A stretch of DNA of 64,000 nucleotides from Carcharhinus amblyrhynchos (Eukaryota), in the NCBI GenBank assembly GCA_965287045.1, contig OZ336870.1:113212001-113276000 (forward strand), given 5' to 3'. Both the position numbers and the translations under genes were made by a program. This document shows positions 1-12,698 of the stretch, in pieces. How positions within the stretch are numbered: the first letter of the stretch is position 1; the number at the start of each line of letters is the position of its first letter. The notes beneath the pieces are model-generated. The model was given only the letters and a program-made list of their open reading frames with translations, did not search any database and was not told where the DNA came from.

Positions 1-929
1 TTAATGCTGTTGTATTAAGTCTTTAAAGTCAAAAATAAGCTATAATTAATTAGTTGATTAGAATTACAAAATACGCGACGAGAGATGTGTATTTAATTCT
101 CATCATGACATACTCAGAGTCAAAATCGAGAGTATAAGGAATAAAATGGCTTACATGCTTGATGGGCTCCAATATCAATTACTCAGCAGCCAAGATTTTA
201 ATTAAATATAGGCTGTTGAGATTAGTGAGCTGTATTCCTGATAGAAAAATGAGTTATTTCCATGACCTGCAAACAGCAGGACATCTAGATGTTAAGATAC
301 TCATTCAGATATAATCATTACCATCAGCGATTGAAGTTGAAAATATGTAACTGTAATGTTTGTCAAAAAGGTTAAGGCAAGTAATTAGTAACTAGCTGCT
401 GTCCTGGTTCGTAACCCTCCACTTGATCCATGGAGCAATTTGCAGTAGATTTATTGTATCCTTTCTCCAGATGCAGGAATATCAATGAATAACTTCTGCA
501 AAATCTTAACTCAACACGAGTTGGGATTTTTTGATTTAGGGACAACTAATGTTATTCTAAAATTAGTAGATCTTCCTTGCTGCTATCAGGTATGCAAAAA
601 AGATTTGCTTTTTGAAAATGAAGACTATTTGTCACAATAGAGAGGTTGTAGAACACAACATGCTCAAAGCACTTATCACTCAGAACAAGCAGCGTTGAAT
701 GGTAATGGGCAACAGTGAAACAGGATGAAGGTAGTTGGAGCGAATATCTTCCTAAGGGTAGTTCAGGCTTGTATTATTATTTTCAGGGTATTGGTCAGTA
801 TACTTCAGCACAGTTCAACTCTGTCTGGAACAACATTTTTCTTTTTCTAAACACGCTGTAGAATGAAGAAAGATGACAATAATCCCTGGAAGCCAAAGAC
901 ATATGCTGAAAATCTCCATCCTCTTTTAG

Positions 930-1040
930 GGTTGGGATTTTCCGGTGCTGCTGGAACTGAATGGTGTTTTGGCTGGAACTTTAATTTGTCCGTTCTCATT
1001 TGCAGCAGAGTGAACATGGATGAGATTGGAGAATCCATCT
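930..1040. mobile_element. Short non-autonomous TIR element (Harbinger-like MITE), degraded
   Basis: Left end GGTTGGGATTTTCCGG and right end TGGAGAATCCATCT resemble the terminal motif shared by many short elements in the window; the interior resembles the copies at 34151 and 44662. Confidence 0.5.
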
Positions 1041-1524
1041 TGTAATCAAGCTATGCAGCAGTGAACACATGAGAAGATTGCTGTAATGGAGGAGCAAGGT
1101 CTTCCTCACATATAACGTATCATGAATCAAAATCCAGTGTAAATGTGGACAAAGATGAAAAATACTGACAGTATAAATTGCTTTCTTTGCAGCACAAAGT
1201 CACCAAACATCCCGAGGTAAACCAAAATATTCTTTGAAAACTTGAGAAATGTCTAAAAAATGTTTTTTTGGCACCCAAGTCTACTTAATGATTCTAAGGC
1301 AACATTGCCTCTTTAAAATGTGAAAAAGACTTGATAAAGATATACTATTGTATCTGAAAGAAGAGAACTTTTGTGTTTAACATCAATGCAGAGCTCCTCA
1401 AGTAGAAAATGGGACAATTCAAAAAGAACTATTTCCATTAAAGAAATTACATTAACTTGGGAGAAATGACCGTATTGAAAATGATGCTTCATTGTTTCCG
1501 TGCTTAGCACTTAACATCTAACCA

Positions 1525-1842
1525 GGGTGGCATAGTAGAATGATGGTAGCACTGCTGCTTCACAGCTCCAGGAACCTGGGTTCAATTCCCAGCTTGGGTC
1601 ACTGTCTGTGTGGAGTTTGCACATTCTCCTCATGTTTGCATAGGTTTCCTCCAGGTGCTCTGGTTTCTTCCCACAGTCTAAAGATGTGCGGGTTAGGTTG
1701 ATTGGCCATGCTAAAATTGCCCCTTAGTGTTCTGAGATGCATAGGTTAGAGGGATCAATGGGTACGGCCCGAGTGGGATTGTGGTGAGTGCAGACTTGAT
1801 GAGCCAGATGGCTTCTTTCTGCACAGTAGGATTTCTATGATC
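1525..1842 (+). mobile_element. HE1-type V-SINE, full length, CR1-like tail
   Basis: tRNA-like head (GGTAGCACTGCTGCTTCACAGCTCCAGG...GGTTCAATTCC), V-domain (GTGGAGTTTGCACATTCTCC...GGTTTCCTCCAGGTGCTC), tail ending TTTCTATGA. Confidence 0.9.
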
Positions 1843-2073
1843 TGAGTTTTAAAAATCTCCTTTTGCATAAAAATCATTCTTGTAGCAACTTACATAATAT
1901 GAAAGCGTATTCCAGCTTGACTAAGCTATTAAAACAATTCCATTGTCAAGTAAATGCGCTGGAAATTTTATTATTGTACATAACATAGTAAAGTAATAAC
2001 AGAATTGGTGGTTTAATGATCTTTGACCTGGAAGCAGTACATTCAGGAAAATTACTGATTTCTTTAAAATATT

Positions 2074-2875
2074 TGTGGAATCTGTACTTGGTTTTAAGAA
2101 TGTTTGAAAGGTGTTTTTAAGGGTTTACATCAGTTGTAAAGGTATCAACTGTAGTGTTGTTGGGTATAATGAATACTGGCCCATGTGACCTGAACTGGTG
2201 ACCCTTGACCTGGAATTTAACAAATGAAAGCTGTTATTCTTATAAGGAGCTGCTTTTGATTTAACCCTCAATTTGTTAACTTAATTTATTTGGTTATCCA
2301 AAAAAAAGTACAAGGGAGAGTTGGAGGAAGAAGTCGACCACCTTACAGATGCAAGAGCTTTCGGAGGCACTGCCCAAGCTGGCTAAGAAGATCTAAAAAC
2401 AGTTCCAAGACTCTAAAAGTTGGGTGTTTTATCAGAAGTGCCCAAACCGTGAAGGAACTCTGGATAGCTGCAGCATCAGAACCTTTGTGGCCTGAGGGAA
2501 AGAGGGACTGTACATGTATGCCTTACTGTTGATAATCAGGCTCATGAAAGCTGCCGTCCATTGGAATCCTGAGCTACACCATGTGAATAAAGAACAGGAA
2601 TAACAGAGCAGTAGCTACACACTGCCACATGTCTGTGGGGAGCGATGCAGGTGCTTGTGGTTGTATAAGGTATATATTTGTTGCATCCACTATTTAAAGT
2701 GAACTTTACCCTTTTATTTGCAGCTTATTTGTCTGTTAATTCATTAGTTACATTGATTCTGATACACGTTCAAATAAAATTTACAAAAAATGAAACCTGA
2801 TTGGTAATTTCATTTGGTGATCATTCATTAAACTTGGTTACTTTGTTTTAGGGTTTCCCCATTGGCATCAGAGCA
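2074..2875. mobile_element. Possible old solo LTR
   Basis: About 800-bp block from TGTGGAATC to about GGCATCAGAGCA, with an internal AATAAA near the end and general resemblance to the LTR at 11787. No TSD visible. Confidence 0.25.
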
Positions 2876-3363
2876 ATGGCAATGTCCAAGTTTAGTTCAG
2901 ACCATGGAGTGAAATGATAATGGAGTGAGGTGGGAATATTTTCAAAATGAGCATTTCATAAGAATGGAAATTAAGAGCAGAGGGAAAAATTGTTCAAAAC
3001 AGTTTAGTTGAAAGTATAAGTTGATAAAGAAGATGCTAATTCATAATTATTGTTTTCCTTAAAATTAGAATGACAGTCCTTGAAGAGATAATGGTTCCAT
3101 TTGTTGACTCAGACAAGCAATCATCAGTGATTTCAAGGAACTCACTTGAGCTCATAATGTTACAAGCTGAGGCAGCATTGGAGGTAAATTATGGCAGTGG
3201 AACAAGAGCAGCGCAAAACAAATTACAGTGCCAGAAGCTTTTCTGGAAAATTAACATATAACATTGACCAAATTACATTCCCAAACAATGCAACATATGA
3301 TTTAGGAATTGCTTGCTTCTAATGGACATGTCTAGATTTGAATCTCTGGGGAGAATTTGAACG

Positions 3364-3532
3364 CAAGGATGTGCAGGTTAGGTTGCTTGGCCAAGCTAAA
3401 TTGCCCCTTCGTGTTTTGGGATGCGTAGGTTAGAGAGTTTGCAGGGATAGAGCTTGGGTGGGATTGTTGTTGGTGCAGACTCAACAGTCTGAATGACCTC
3501 CATGTGCACTGTAAGCTTTCTGATTTCTATGA
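3364..3532 (+). mobile_element. HE1-type SINE 3' half
   Basis: GATGTGCAGGTTAGGTTG...GCTAAATTGCCCCTT...TTTCTATGA matches the 3' half of the copy at 1525. Confidence 0.85.
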
Positions 3533-4743
3533 AATGGATGGGTTTTGTTTGGTTGGGAAAATAAACAACTAAAGACCTGTAACAGGAGCACAACTTACTA
3601 CTTCAGTTCTGAAGAGACAGGACAAGCAGTGGGTGACAGAGTTTCCAGACCTGTTTCTCATTCCCTACTTCCAGACTAATATCAAAATCATTGGTTTTAT
3701 TTCCCTTAAAAGATCTTGGATTATTGCCTTTATGATAGGAGCTAATGGTTCTTCATGCTGTAGATGTCAACCATCAGCCCTGAAAATCCATGGAATTTCA
3801 TTGGTCTGCATTGGTACTTGATGTGACTCAGTTACATTGGATTCACATGCCCTTGATATTAACAGGTAGCCTGAAAGTGAGGTCAGAACAAGTAAGACCA
3901 GGAACTTGACATTGGCATTCTTCAAGGCATGGCTTCATATAAGTTACTCTTCATTTAATTTCCAGACAAAACTCAGCAACTGGCCCTTTAAATAATACGA
4001 TTGCTGGTCTTTTCTAGCAGTTGAATGCTTGATCTTTGATGTGTGAACGTGAATGGACTTGCATGGTGCAAATTTGGAAAATGAGCATCACCTCAGGCGG
4101 TTTGGCTCTCTGATGTTAGGATAGGACAAGTTCAGTTGCTTCTGACTCAAGTTTCTTTTCAAGCTCAAGTGTAGTCTGGGCCTTGCTAGAAGTGGCTAGC
4201 ATGCATCTCTAGATGGGCTGTTCAGCTTCTGTAATGATGCACGTTCACAGACAGACTTCAGTAGAAACACAAAAGGTATTGATAAATAAAAACTGTACAG
4301 AGGCCTGCAGCCCATCCAGCTACCCTGGTCCCTGTGTGTCTTTTACATGTCTTCTGCCTAAGAGAGGACTCCACATGGGGCGATTACCCACTCTCGTCCC
4401 AATTGATCCCCCAAGCTGGGTGACCCCCTTCCGCTTCCATGGCACCATTTTTAGCAGTTGTATGGATTAAGTTTTAACTTTGCGCAATTTGCACGTAAGC
4501 AGCTTTAAACGCAATCTGACATTTCAATGACCAAGGGGACTGGAAGATGGTATTAAAGAAAGCATCATGTATTGTGGCATTCTGCAGAAAACTGTCCCAA
4601 AGGGTTCAGCAGCCTGTAGAATTCTTTCCTAACCGGTTTATTTGTTTATATTAAATATGTGCAACATGGGTTGTAAATCCCTTTAAAGGAGCTTTGACCA
4701 GATTGCCAATATGCTTTTTGTGGCAAGTTCAGCTTTATGGTGT

Positions 4744-5040
4744 CATAGAATCCCTACAGTGCAGAAGGAGACCATTCACTCATGAGTCTCTACTGACGAC
4801 AATCCCACTCAGGTCCTATCCCTGTAACCCCACATATTTACCTTGCTAAGTCCCCTGACACTAAGGGGCAATTTAGCATAGCCAATCAACCTAACCCAAC
4901 ATCATCGGACTGTGGGAGGAAACCGGAGCACCCAAAAGAAACCCGTGCAGACACAGGGAGAATGTGCAAATTCCACACAGACAGTGATCTGGAATTGAAT
5001 CTGGGTCCCTGGCGCTGTAAGACAGTAGTGTTAACCACTC
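4744..5040 (-). mobile_element. HE1-type V-SINE
   Basis: Reverse complement of the HE1 pattern (CATAGAATCCCTACAGTGCAGAAGG...GGAAACCGGAGCACCC...GTTAACCAC). Confidence 0.9.
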
Positions 5041-5788
5041 TGGTTATCAAAAGTACATCTTTATAAAAATTGCACTTCAAAAAATTCTCTATATTTATTC
5101 CACAACCTGTCTTGATTGTAGTTTTGATGCTGTCCACCTTCTTTAACTCACTTTATGAACTTCAATGCACAGTGTTTTAAGAAAATATCAAAGAGCACAG
5201 AGAAAGAGGGGAGAAATTTCAAAACGTGGAGCCAGCATTGACTATAGCAATAATAGAAATTTCATGAATTTTGCTTTACTAATCACATTTGCAAACTTAT
5301 TTTTACTTGAGTGGGCATGTCCTTAAGGAAGATATAGCCAATTATAAAAATATTGCTAATATGCATCAATAGATCGACTATCACAAAATTTCAGCCTCTT
5401 AATGCAATGCCAAGAATCATTTGTGTTTGAGATTTATATTAACTATTTTGGATCTACCACATTTCAGAATTGATTCATTCATATTGATGGTTATTTCTTA
5501 AAATTAAAATATTTTAGACCCACAAACACCAATATCTTAATTATGTAATTAATAGAATCAAGTGGTCTAAAACTAAGCAATAATAATGTATAAATAGCAT
5601 ATTCTCTCCTGGTTTGTTTATATCTTTTAAGTTTTGCCTTAGTCTTTCTGCAAGTTCCTTATTCCCTGTTAAGGAGTATCATCAAAGTGAATTCTGCATT
5701 TGAATAGACAAAAGATAATTTTTCTTTTAGTTAATGCAGGAATGCCAGAACATTGTATTTGGGGTGGCCTAGAAAATATGGATAAACA

Positions 5789-8346
5789 ATAAGAACATAC
5801 GACCTAGGAGCAGGAGTCGACCATGTGGCTCCTCAAGCCTGCTCTGCCATTCAATAAGATCATGGCTGATCTTTTCGTGGACTCAGCTCCACTTACCTGC
5901 TCGCTCACCATACCCTTAATTCCTTTACTGTTCAAAAATTTATCTATCCCTACCTTAAAAACATTCAATGAGGTAGCTTCAACTGCTTTACTGGGCTGGG
6001 AATTTCACAGATTCACAACCATTTGTGTGAAGAAATTCTTCCTCAACTCAGGGGATTAAGGGTTATGGGGACAACTCAGGGGATTAATGGTTATGGGGAG
6101 AAAGCGGGAAAGTGGAACTGAGCAGCGACAGATCAGCCATGATCTTATTGAATGACGGGGCAGGCTCGAAGGGCTGATGGCCTACTCCTGCTCCTATTTC
6201 TTATGTTCTTAAATCTGCTTCCCCTTATTTTGAGGCCATGCCCCCTTGTTCTAGTTTCACCTGCCAGTGGAAACAACTTCCCTGCTTCTATCTTATCTAT
6301 TCCCTTCATAATCTTATGTTTCTATAAGATCTCTCCTCATTCTTCTGAATTCCAGTGAGTATAGCCTCAGCCTACTCAGTCTCTCCTCAAAAGCCAACCC
6401 TCTCAACTCCGGAATCGACTTAGTAAATCTCCTGTACACCCCCTCCAGTGCCAGCATGTCCTTTCACAAGTAAGGAGACCAAAACTGTGCACAGTACTCC
6501 AGGTGTAGCTTCACCAGCATCTTATACAACTGCAACATAACCTCGCTGTTTTTAAACTCCATCTCTCTATCAATGAAGGACAAAATTCCATTTTCCTTCT
6601 TTAATTACCTGCTGCACCTGCAAACCAGCTTGTTGTGCTTCATGCACAAGGACACCCAGGTCCCTCTGCACAGCAGCATGCTGCAATTTTTTGCCATTTA
6701 AATAATTGTCCATTTTGTTATTACTAAATAATAGTATATTGTTATTCCTACCAAAATGGATGATCTCACATTTATCAACGTTGTACTCCATCTGCCAGAC
6801 CCTCACCCACTCACTTAGACTACCTATACCCCTTTGCAGACTTTCAGCATCCTCTGCATGTTCTGTTCTGCCATTCATTTTAGTGTCATCTGTGAATTTT
6901 GACACACTACACTTGGTCCTCAACTCCAAATCATCTACATAAATCATAAATAGTTGCGATCCCAACACTGATTTCTGAGGCAACCACGAGTCACTGATTG
7001 CCAGCCAGAAAAATACCCATTTGCCCCAACTCATTGCTTTCTGTTAATTAACTAATCCTCTATCCATGCTCATACATTACCTGTAACACTGTGCACCTTC
7101 ATCTTATGTAGCAGTCTTTGGTGAGGCACCTTGTCAAATGCCTTCTGAAAATCCAGAATCACCACATCCACGGGTTTCCCTTTGTCCACTGCGCATATAA
7201 TGCTCTCAAAGAATTCCATCAAATTAGTCAAACATGACCTTCTCTTCCTGAACCCATGCTGCATCTTACTAATGGGACGGTTTATATCCCGATGTCTTGC
7301 TATTTCTTCCTTGATGATAGATTCAAGCATTTTCCCCACTATAGAAGTGAAGCTAACTGGCCTATAGTTACCCGCCTTTGTCTACCTCCTTTTTTAAACA
7401 GTGGCACCACGTTTGCTGTTTTCCAATCTGCGGGAACCACCCCAGAGTCCAGCAAATTTTGGTAAACTACCACTAGTGCATTTGCTATTTCTCTCACATC
7501 TCTTTTAGTACCCTGGGATGCATTCCATCAGAATCAAAAGACTTGTCTACCTTTAGCTCCATTAACTTGTCCAACACTACCTCTTTCGTGATAATGATAG
7601 TTTCTAGGTCCTCTGCCATAGCCTTCCTGTCATCAATTTTTGGCATGTTATTTGTGTCTTCCACTGTGAAGACTGACACAAAATACCTGTTCAGTGCCTC
7701 AGCCATTTTCTCATTTCCAGTTATTACATCCCCCTTCTCATCCTCTAAAGGACAAATGTTTATTTTAGCCACTCTTTTTTGATTTATATATTTGGAGAAA
7801 CTTTTGCTATCTGTTTTTATATTCTGAGCTAGTTTACTCTCACAATCCATTTTTTTTCCTTTATAGCTTTATTCGTGGCTTTCTCATGATCTTTAAAGAT
7901 TTTCTAATCCTCTAGGTTCTCACTAATCTTTCCCATTTTGTATGCATTTTCTTTCAAGTTGATACCCTCCTTTATTTCCTTAGACATCCATGATTGATTA
8001 TCTCTTTTTCTACAGTCCTTTCTTATCACTGGTATATAAGTTTGCTAAGCACTGTGAAAGATCACTTTGAAAGTCCTCCACTGTTCGTCAATTGTCCCAC
8101 CATAAAGTTTTTGCTTCCAGACTACCCTAGCCAACACCTCCCTCATCCCTTTGTAGTCTCCTTTGTTTAAGCACAATGCACTGGTATTGGATTTTACCTT
8201 CTCACGCTCCATCTGTATTTAAAATTCAACCATATAGTGATCATTTCTTCTGAGAGGATCCCTAACTACAAGATCATTAATTATTCCTGTCTCATTACAC
8301 AGGACCAGATCTAGGATAGCTTGTGCCCTTCTAGGTTCCATTACAT
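5789..8346 (-). mobile_element. Older CR1 LINE, about 2.5 kb, 5'-truncated, frameshifted ORF2
   Basis: Successive minus-strand ORF fragments give LDFQKAFDKVPH, SVLGSQLF...KFTDDTK and WQMEYNVDKCE; the 3' UTR and tail lie at 5789. Interrupted at 6051-6211. Confidence 0.95.
6051..6211 (+). mobile_element. Young CR1 (subfamily A) 3' end inserted in the older CR1
   Basis: GGGGATTAAGGGTTATGGGGAG...TTTCTTATGTTCTT closely matches 32672-32815; the host CR1 resumes at AAATCTGCTTCCCC. Confidence 0.9.
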
Positions 8347-8360
8347 AATGATGTTAATGA

Positions 8361-9008
8361 GGGCAGACTGTAATTCCTGGGGTGGGAATCAATGAGCATG
8401 GGTTAGGTGGCAACCCACCTGACCTTGGCAACGTTCAGCCTGGGAGATTTTAATTTTCGGTATCATTAGCATGTTTTTGGATGGTGACCCATCCAAAATT
8501 GACAAGAAGCAACAGCTTGCTGGGAGGTGGGAATTCAATGCTGGACAACTGTTGCCACCTGGAACCAGAGGAACAATTTCCGGATCTCAGGTGACTCCTG
8601 GGAGGGGTGAAGGGCGGGGATTGGCGTTGGGAAAGAGTTACTATCAGGAATTGAAAGGGACCCCAGGGTAGGGGAAATTTAAAACTTTCCTCATGGGGCA
8701 TTATGCTCCTCCTGGCCTCACAAGCAAAGTGAAACCTAAGTACAGTAAACTTATCCCTTTGGGTCTCTTCTGGCTCCACCATGCTGAAACATCACAACAG
8801 CTTCCCCAAACAGGCCATCAGCCAGAATGGTAGGTCAGGCTTGACAGTGCCATCAGAGTCCAATCCGCAGATTTAAGGAAGGCCCCTTAAATTCCTGGGG
8901 GTGTCTTTCTTGCCTGTTCAGAAAAGTTGGTTAAAATTGTAACCTGTGGGAAGAGAGCAAGTCTCTTGGTGAATTGTAATTGCCCCTCCTGCTTTCTTTA
9001 AATTGCCC
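8361..9008. mobile_element. Degraded non-autonomous TIR element
   Basis: GC-richer block starting GGGCAGA and ending TAAATTGCCC, similar to the termini of other TIR elements here. Confidence 0.35.
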
Positions 9009-9405
9009 TTTTTGACAAAGCACTTCTTTTTACACATGGCATACACAAAATGCTGCTATGAGCGAACGTAGCACAATTGCATCATATTACACTGCAACAT
9101 CTCTATCGTTGTGGGGATTTATTGATAAGGGATTACTAGCTATGGTGAGTGGATATTTTAGAAACATCGTTGTTTTAAAAGCTGAATAACATTCATACAT
9201 TACAGAGCAAATGGAAGTGTTGTGCAAGACGGGGAGAGTCCAATGTTTTCCTTGGCAGTCTTAAAAGTTTGACCAGTCCAAATGCAAAGGAACAGAACTT
9301 CTTGATTCCTGCCAGTATGACTCAGTTTCCTTGTGGACTAATAAGAGAATGCATGATTTTTCCTGTAGGATTGGATCTATCAGTTAGTTGTGAATGGATA
9401 ATACT

Positions 9406-9752
9406 ATAGAATTCCCACAGTGCAGAAGGAGGCCATTCAGTCTTTTGAGTCTACATTGACTGTCCAAAAAGCCATCTTACCCAAGCCCACCCTTTTGCCC
9501 TATCCCCGTAACCCCACACATTTACCAAGGTTAATCCTCCTAATCTACACATCTTGAGACACTAAGGACTAACTCAGCATGACCAATCCACCCAACCTGC
9601 ACATCTTTGGACTGTGGGTGGAAACCAGAGGAAACACACTCAGACATGGGGAAAATGTGCAAACTCCACACAGTCACTTGAGGCCAGGACTGAACCAGAG
9701 ACCCAGGCACTGTGAAGCAGCAGTGCTAACCACTGCGTCACCGTGCTGCCCC
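9406..9752 (-). mobile_element. HE1-type V-SINE
   Basis: Reverse complement of the head (GTGCTAACCACTGCGTCACCGTGCTGCCCC), V-domain and CR1-like tail. Confidence 0.9.
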
Positions 9753-10213
9753 AATACTTGAAGCTAAATCCAGATAAATGAAGAAGAACAGCAATAGATT
9801 ACTGAAGAACCCTGTTCACAAAGAAGCATAAATGTAACAATGTTTTCCTAAATTTCAGCTTGAATCAGTTAGCACAATGGCTTTCTCTCAAGAAGACATG
9901 GAGTGTTCCCATGGTGAAATGCAGTCACATTTTCCATAGATGATGTAAGCAACAGAATGGGAGATAATTGTGTTTGTCCCTGGTGAAGTTGACACATTTG
10001 TTTCATATTTATTACTTCATCAGAGCTATGTTTCATTTCTAACTTTCCCAATTACTATTATTGAATAACAAACAACATATTCATTTGGGAGTAAATGGAA
10101 TCTTCTGGTCTGGTGCTGACACTTCCTCGCAATTTGGATCCCTCAGCAGTTTAAATGTGAAGTCTCAAGTATTTGTGTTTGCTACCAATGTTCCCCCTAC
10201 TCCTGTCACTAAG

Positions 10214-10713
10214 TAGAACATAGAACATAGAACATAGAACATTACAGCGCAGAACAGGCCCTTCGGCCCACGATGTTGCGCCGACCAGTTACAAAACAAT
10301 GACCCACTAACCTAAACCAATCCCTTTTCATCCATAAACCTATCCACGGATCTCTTAAACGCCCCCAAACTAGGCGCATTTACAACTGCAGCAGGCAGGG
10401 CATTCCAATCCCTCACCACCCTCTGGGTAAAGAATCTACCCCTGACATCCGTCCTATAACTACCACCCCTTACTTTAAAGCCATGCCCCCTCGTACTAGA
10501 TTTCTCCATCAGAGGAAAAAGGCTATTACTATCCACGCTATCTAAACCCCTAATCATCTTATATGTTTCAATAAGATCCCCTCTTAGCCGCCTTCTTTCC
10601 AGCGAAAACAACCCCAAATCCCTCAGCCTCTCCTCATAGGACCTCCCCTCCATACCAGGCAACATCCTGGTAAACCTCCTCTGCACCCTCTCCAAAGCCT
10701 CCACATCCTTCCT
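10214..10713 (-). mobile_element. Young CR1 (subfamily B) 3' 0.5 kb
   Basis: (AGAACAT)n tail repeats; the ORF at 10312-10737 is nearly identical to the C-terminus of the 629-aa ORF at 61314. Confidence 0.95.
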
Positions 10714-11131
10714 CTCATACCTTGCTAAAGTGGCCATTCGTCACAAAGCAGTAAAGATCCGGGGTGGGGCAGGGGGGGTGCAATTCTCCCAGCCCGCTGT
10801 GCTGCTCCAGTACCGCAGGTGCCAGGAGACATCAGCAGTGGCCGTGCTGCAGGATTCATGCTGGGCATCACGGCCTCCATGCATCTCCCAAGGTAAGTTT
10901 CTTGGCATCATCAGCTCTGTGCCAATTTCTGACTATCTACCCTGGCTATGCCTCTCATAATTTTGTAGACCTCTATCAGGTGTCTCTTCAGCCTCCATCT
11001 TTCCAGTGAAAAACAATCCTGGTTTATTCAACTTCTCCTCATAGCCATAATCCTCGAGACCAGCAACATCCTGGTGAACCTTCTTTGCATTTTCTCCAAA
11101 GCTTTCACATCCTTCTGGTAGCGTGGTGAGC

Positions 11132-11342
11132 AGAACATAGAACATAGAACATTACAGCGCAGAACAGGCCCTTCGGCCCACGATGTTGCGCCGACCAATT
11201 AAAAAGCCATGACCCTCTAACCTAAACCAATCCCTTTCCATCCATAAACCTATCCACGGATCTCTTAAACGCCCCAAACTAGGCGCATTTACAACTGCAG
11301 CAGGCAGGGCATTCCAATCCCTCACCTCCCTCTGGGTAAAGA
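11132..11342 (-). mobile_element. Young CR1 (subfamily B) 3' end
   Basis: Near-copy of 10221-10432; flanked by TGAGCAGAAC (11127-11136) and TGATCAGAAC (11344-11353). Confidence 0.93.
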
Positions 11343-11786
11343 CTGATCAGAACTGCACACAATACTCCAAATGTGGCCTATCCAAGGTATTATATAGCTG
11401 CAACATGATTTCCCAACTCTTGAACTCAACGCCCTGGCTGATGAAGGCAACCACGCTGTATGCTTTCTTAATCACCTTGGCTACCTGTGTTGCCACTTTT
11501 GGGGAACTGTGGACCTGCACACACAGATCCCTCTGTATTTTAATGTTCCTAAGGATTCTGTCATTTACAGTATAATTCATACCTACATTTGTTCCTCCAA
11601 AATGCATCACCTCACATTTGTCTGGATTAAACTCCATCTGTCATTTCTGTGCCTAAGTCTCCAATCTACCTATATCCTATTGTATCCTCTGACAATCATC
11701 GGCACTATCAGCAACTCCACCAATCTTTGTGTCATCCGCAAACTTACTAATCAGGCCACCCACATTTTCCTCCAGGTCATCTATAT

Positions 11787-12585
11787 TGTTATAATTCAGG
11801 TCAGAAACTCCAAAGTGTTCTATGATGTCTGCCTGGATATAAATTTTGCACTTTGAATTTGGCTAGGGTGCACATGAGATACTTCACTTCAGATATGATT
11901 CAACTGATCCACAAAGGAACTTTTATCAAACAAAATTTATACAAGAATATAGTTAACATGTATATAAATAAAAGTAATAACTTTTATCAATTACAAACGG
12001 GTAAAAAAATGAGATTGTATAAACCTTAACAGCTAAACACTGTTCCAATGAAACAAATCCTATAAACAAAACCCTTTCCACAGGTTTAACACAGCAAAAT
12101 GATGCTGAAATTAAGCCCTTTGGTTGAATGCTACAGTTTCCTTGAGGCACAGACAGACCAGCTTGGAGTTGGAACAGCTTCCCAAAACACCAGGGAAACT
12201 CTAGTCAACAGCAGATTTTCTATTCCAGGAAGGCCAGGAACTTTACTTCCAGCTAACAGCAGAATTTCCAAAACCAGAGAGAGGGAGAGAAACACTGCTT
12301 TTGATCTGATGTCCACCTACTTCCAACCTAAAAGTGAAAATGAATCCTTAGGTTTTTTTTCCTGAGGAGAACCACTTGACTTTGACTTATCAATCAACCT
12401 TCTCCATCACAATGCAGCCATAAAAGATCCCAGAGTAAAAACAAACAAAACCCCATTTAAGTCGTTGAAGTAGTAAAACAAAAGGATTCCTCTAGACAGC
12501 CCAGCAACAATGAATAAAGTTGAAACTGAGAGAACTGCAGGGAACATGATTTTTTTTTAATTCTTAAAGATACATTAGTGTCACA
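11787..12585. mobile_element. Solo LTR (799 bp) with 4-bp TSD
   Basis: Starts TGTTATAA and ends GTGTCACA (TG...CA); ATAT on both sides (11783-11786, 12586-12589); splits an otherwise continuous CR1 RT region. Confidence 0.8.
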
Positions 12586-12698
12586 ATATATACAGCAAAC
12601 AACAGAGGTCCCAGCACTGATCCTCGCAGAACACCACTAGCTACAGATCTCTATTCTGAAAAACACACTTCTGACACTCCTCTCTGTCTTCTATAACC

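Noticed and set aside
471-589. Possible coding exon (CTTTCTCCAG acceptor, CAG|GTATGC donor, one open frame AGISMNNFCKIL...PCCYQ)
   Set aside because: No recognisable protein and no phase-compatible partner exon found; such signals arise by chance in 64 kb. RNA-seq or tBLASTx would settle it.
3069-3183. Possible exon (TTAG acceptor, GAG|GTAAAT donor, MTVLEEIMVPF...AALE)
   Set aside because: Weak acceptor, unrecognised peptide, and phase incompatible with the 471-589 candidate.
4230-4447. Possible short LTR starting TGTAATGATG
   Set aside because: No defined CA end or TSD.
9988-10027. Minus-strand CTGATGA...GAAAC...GTC hammerhead-like string
   Set aside because: Stem II is only weak AU/GU pairs, stem I does not form, and there is no retroelement context.
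10214-10242. Short direct repeats (AGAACAT)n, also (AAGAACAT)n elsewhere
   Set aside because: These are CR1 3' microsatellite tails with no spacers; not CRISPR or telomeric arrays.
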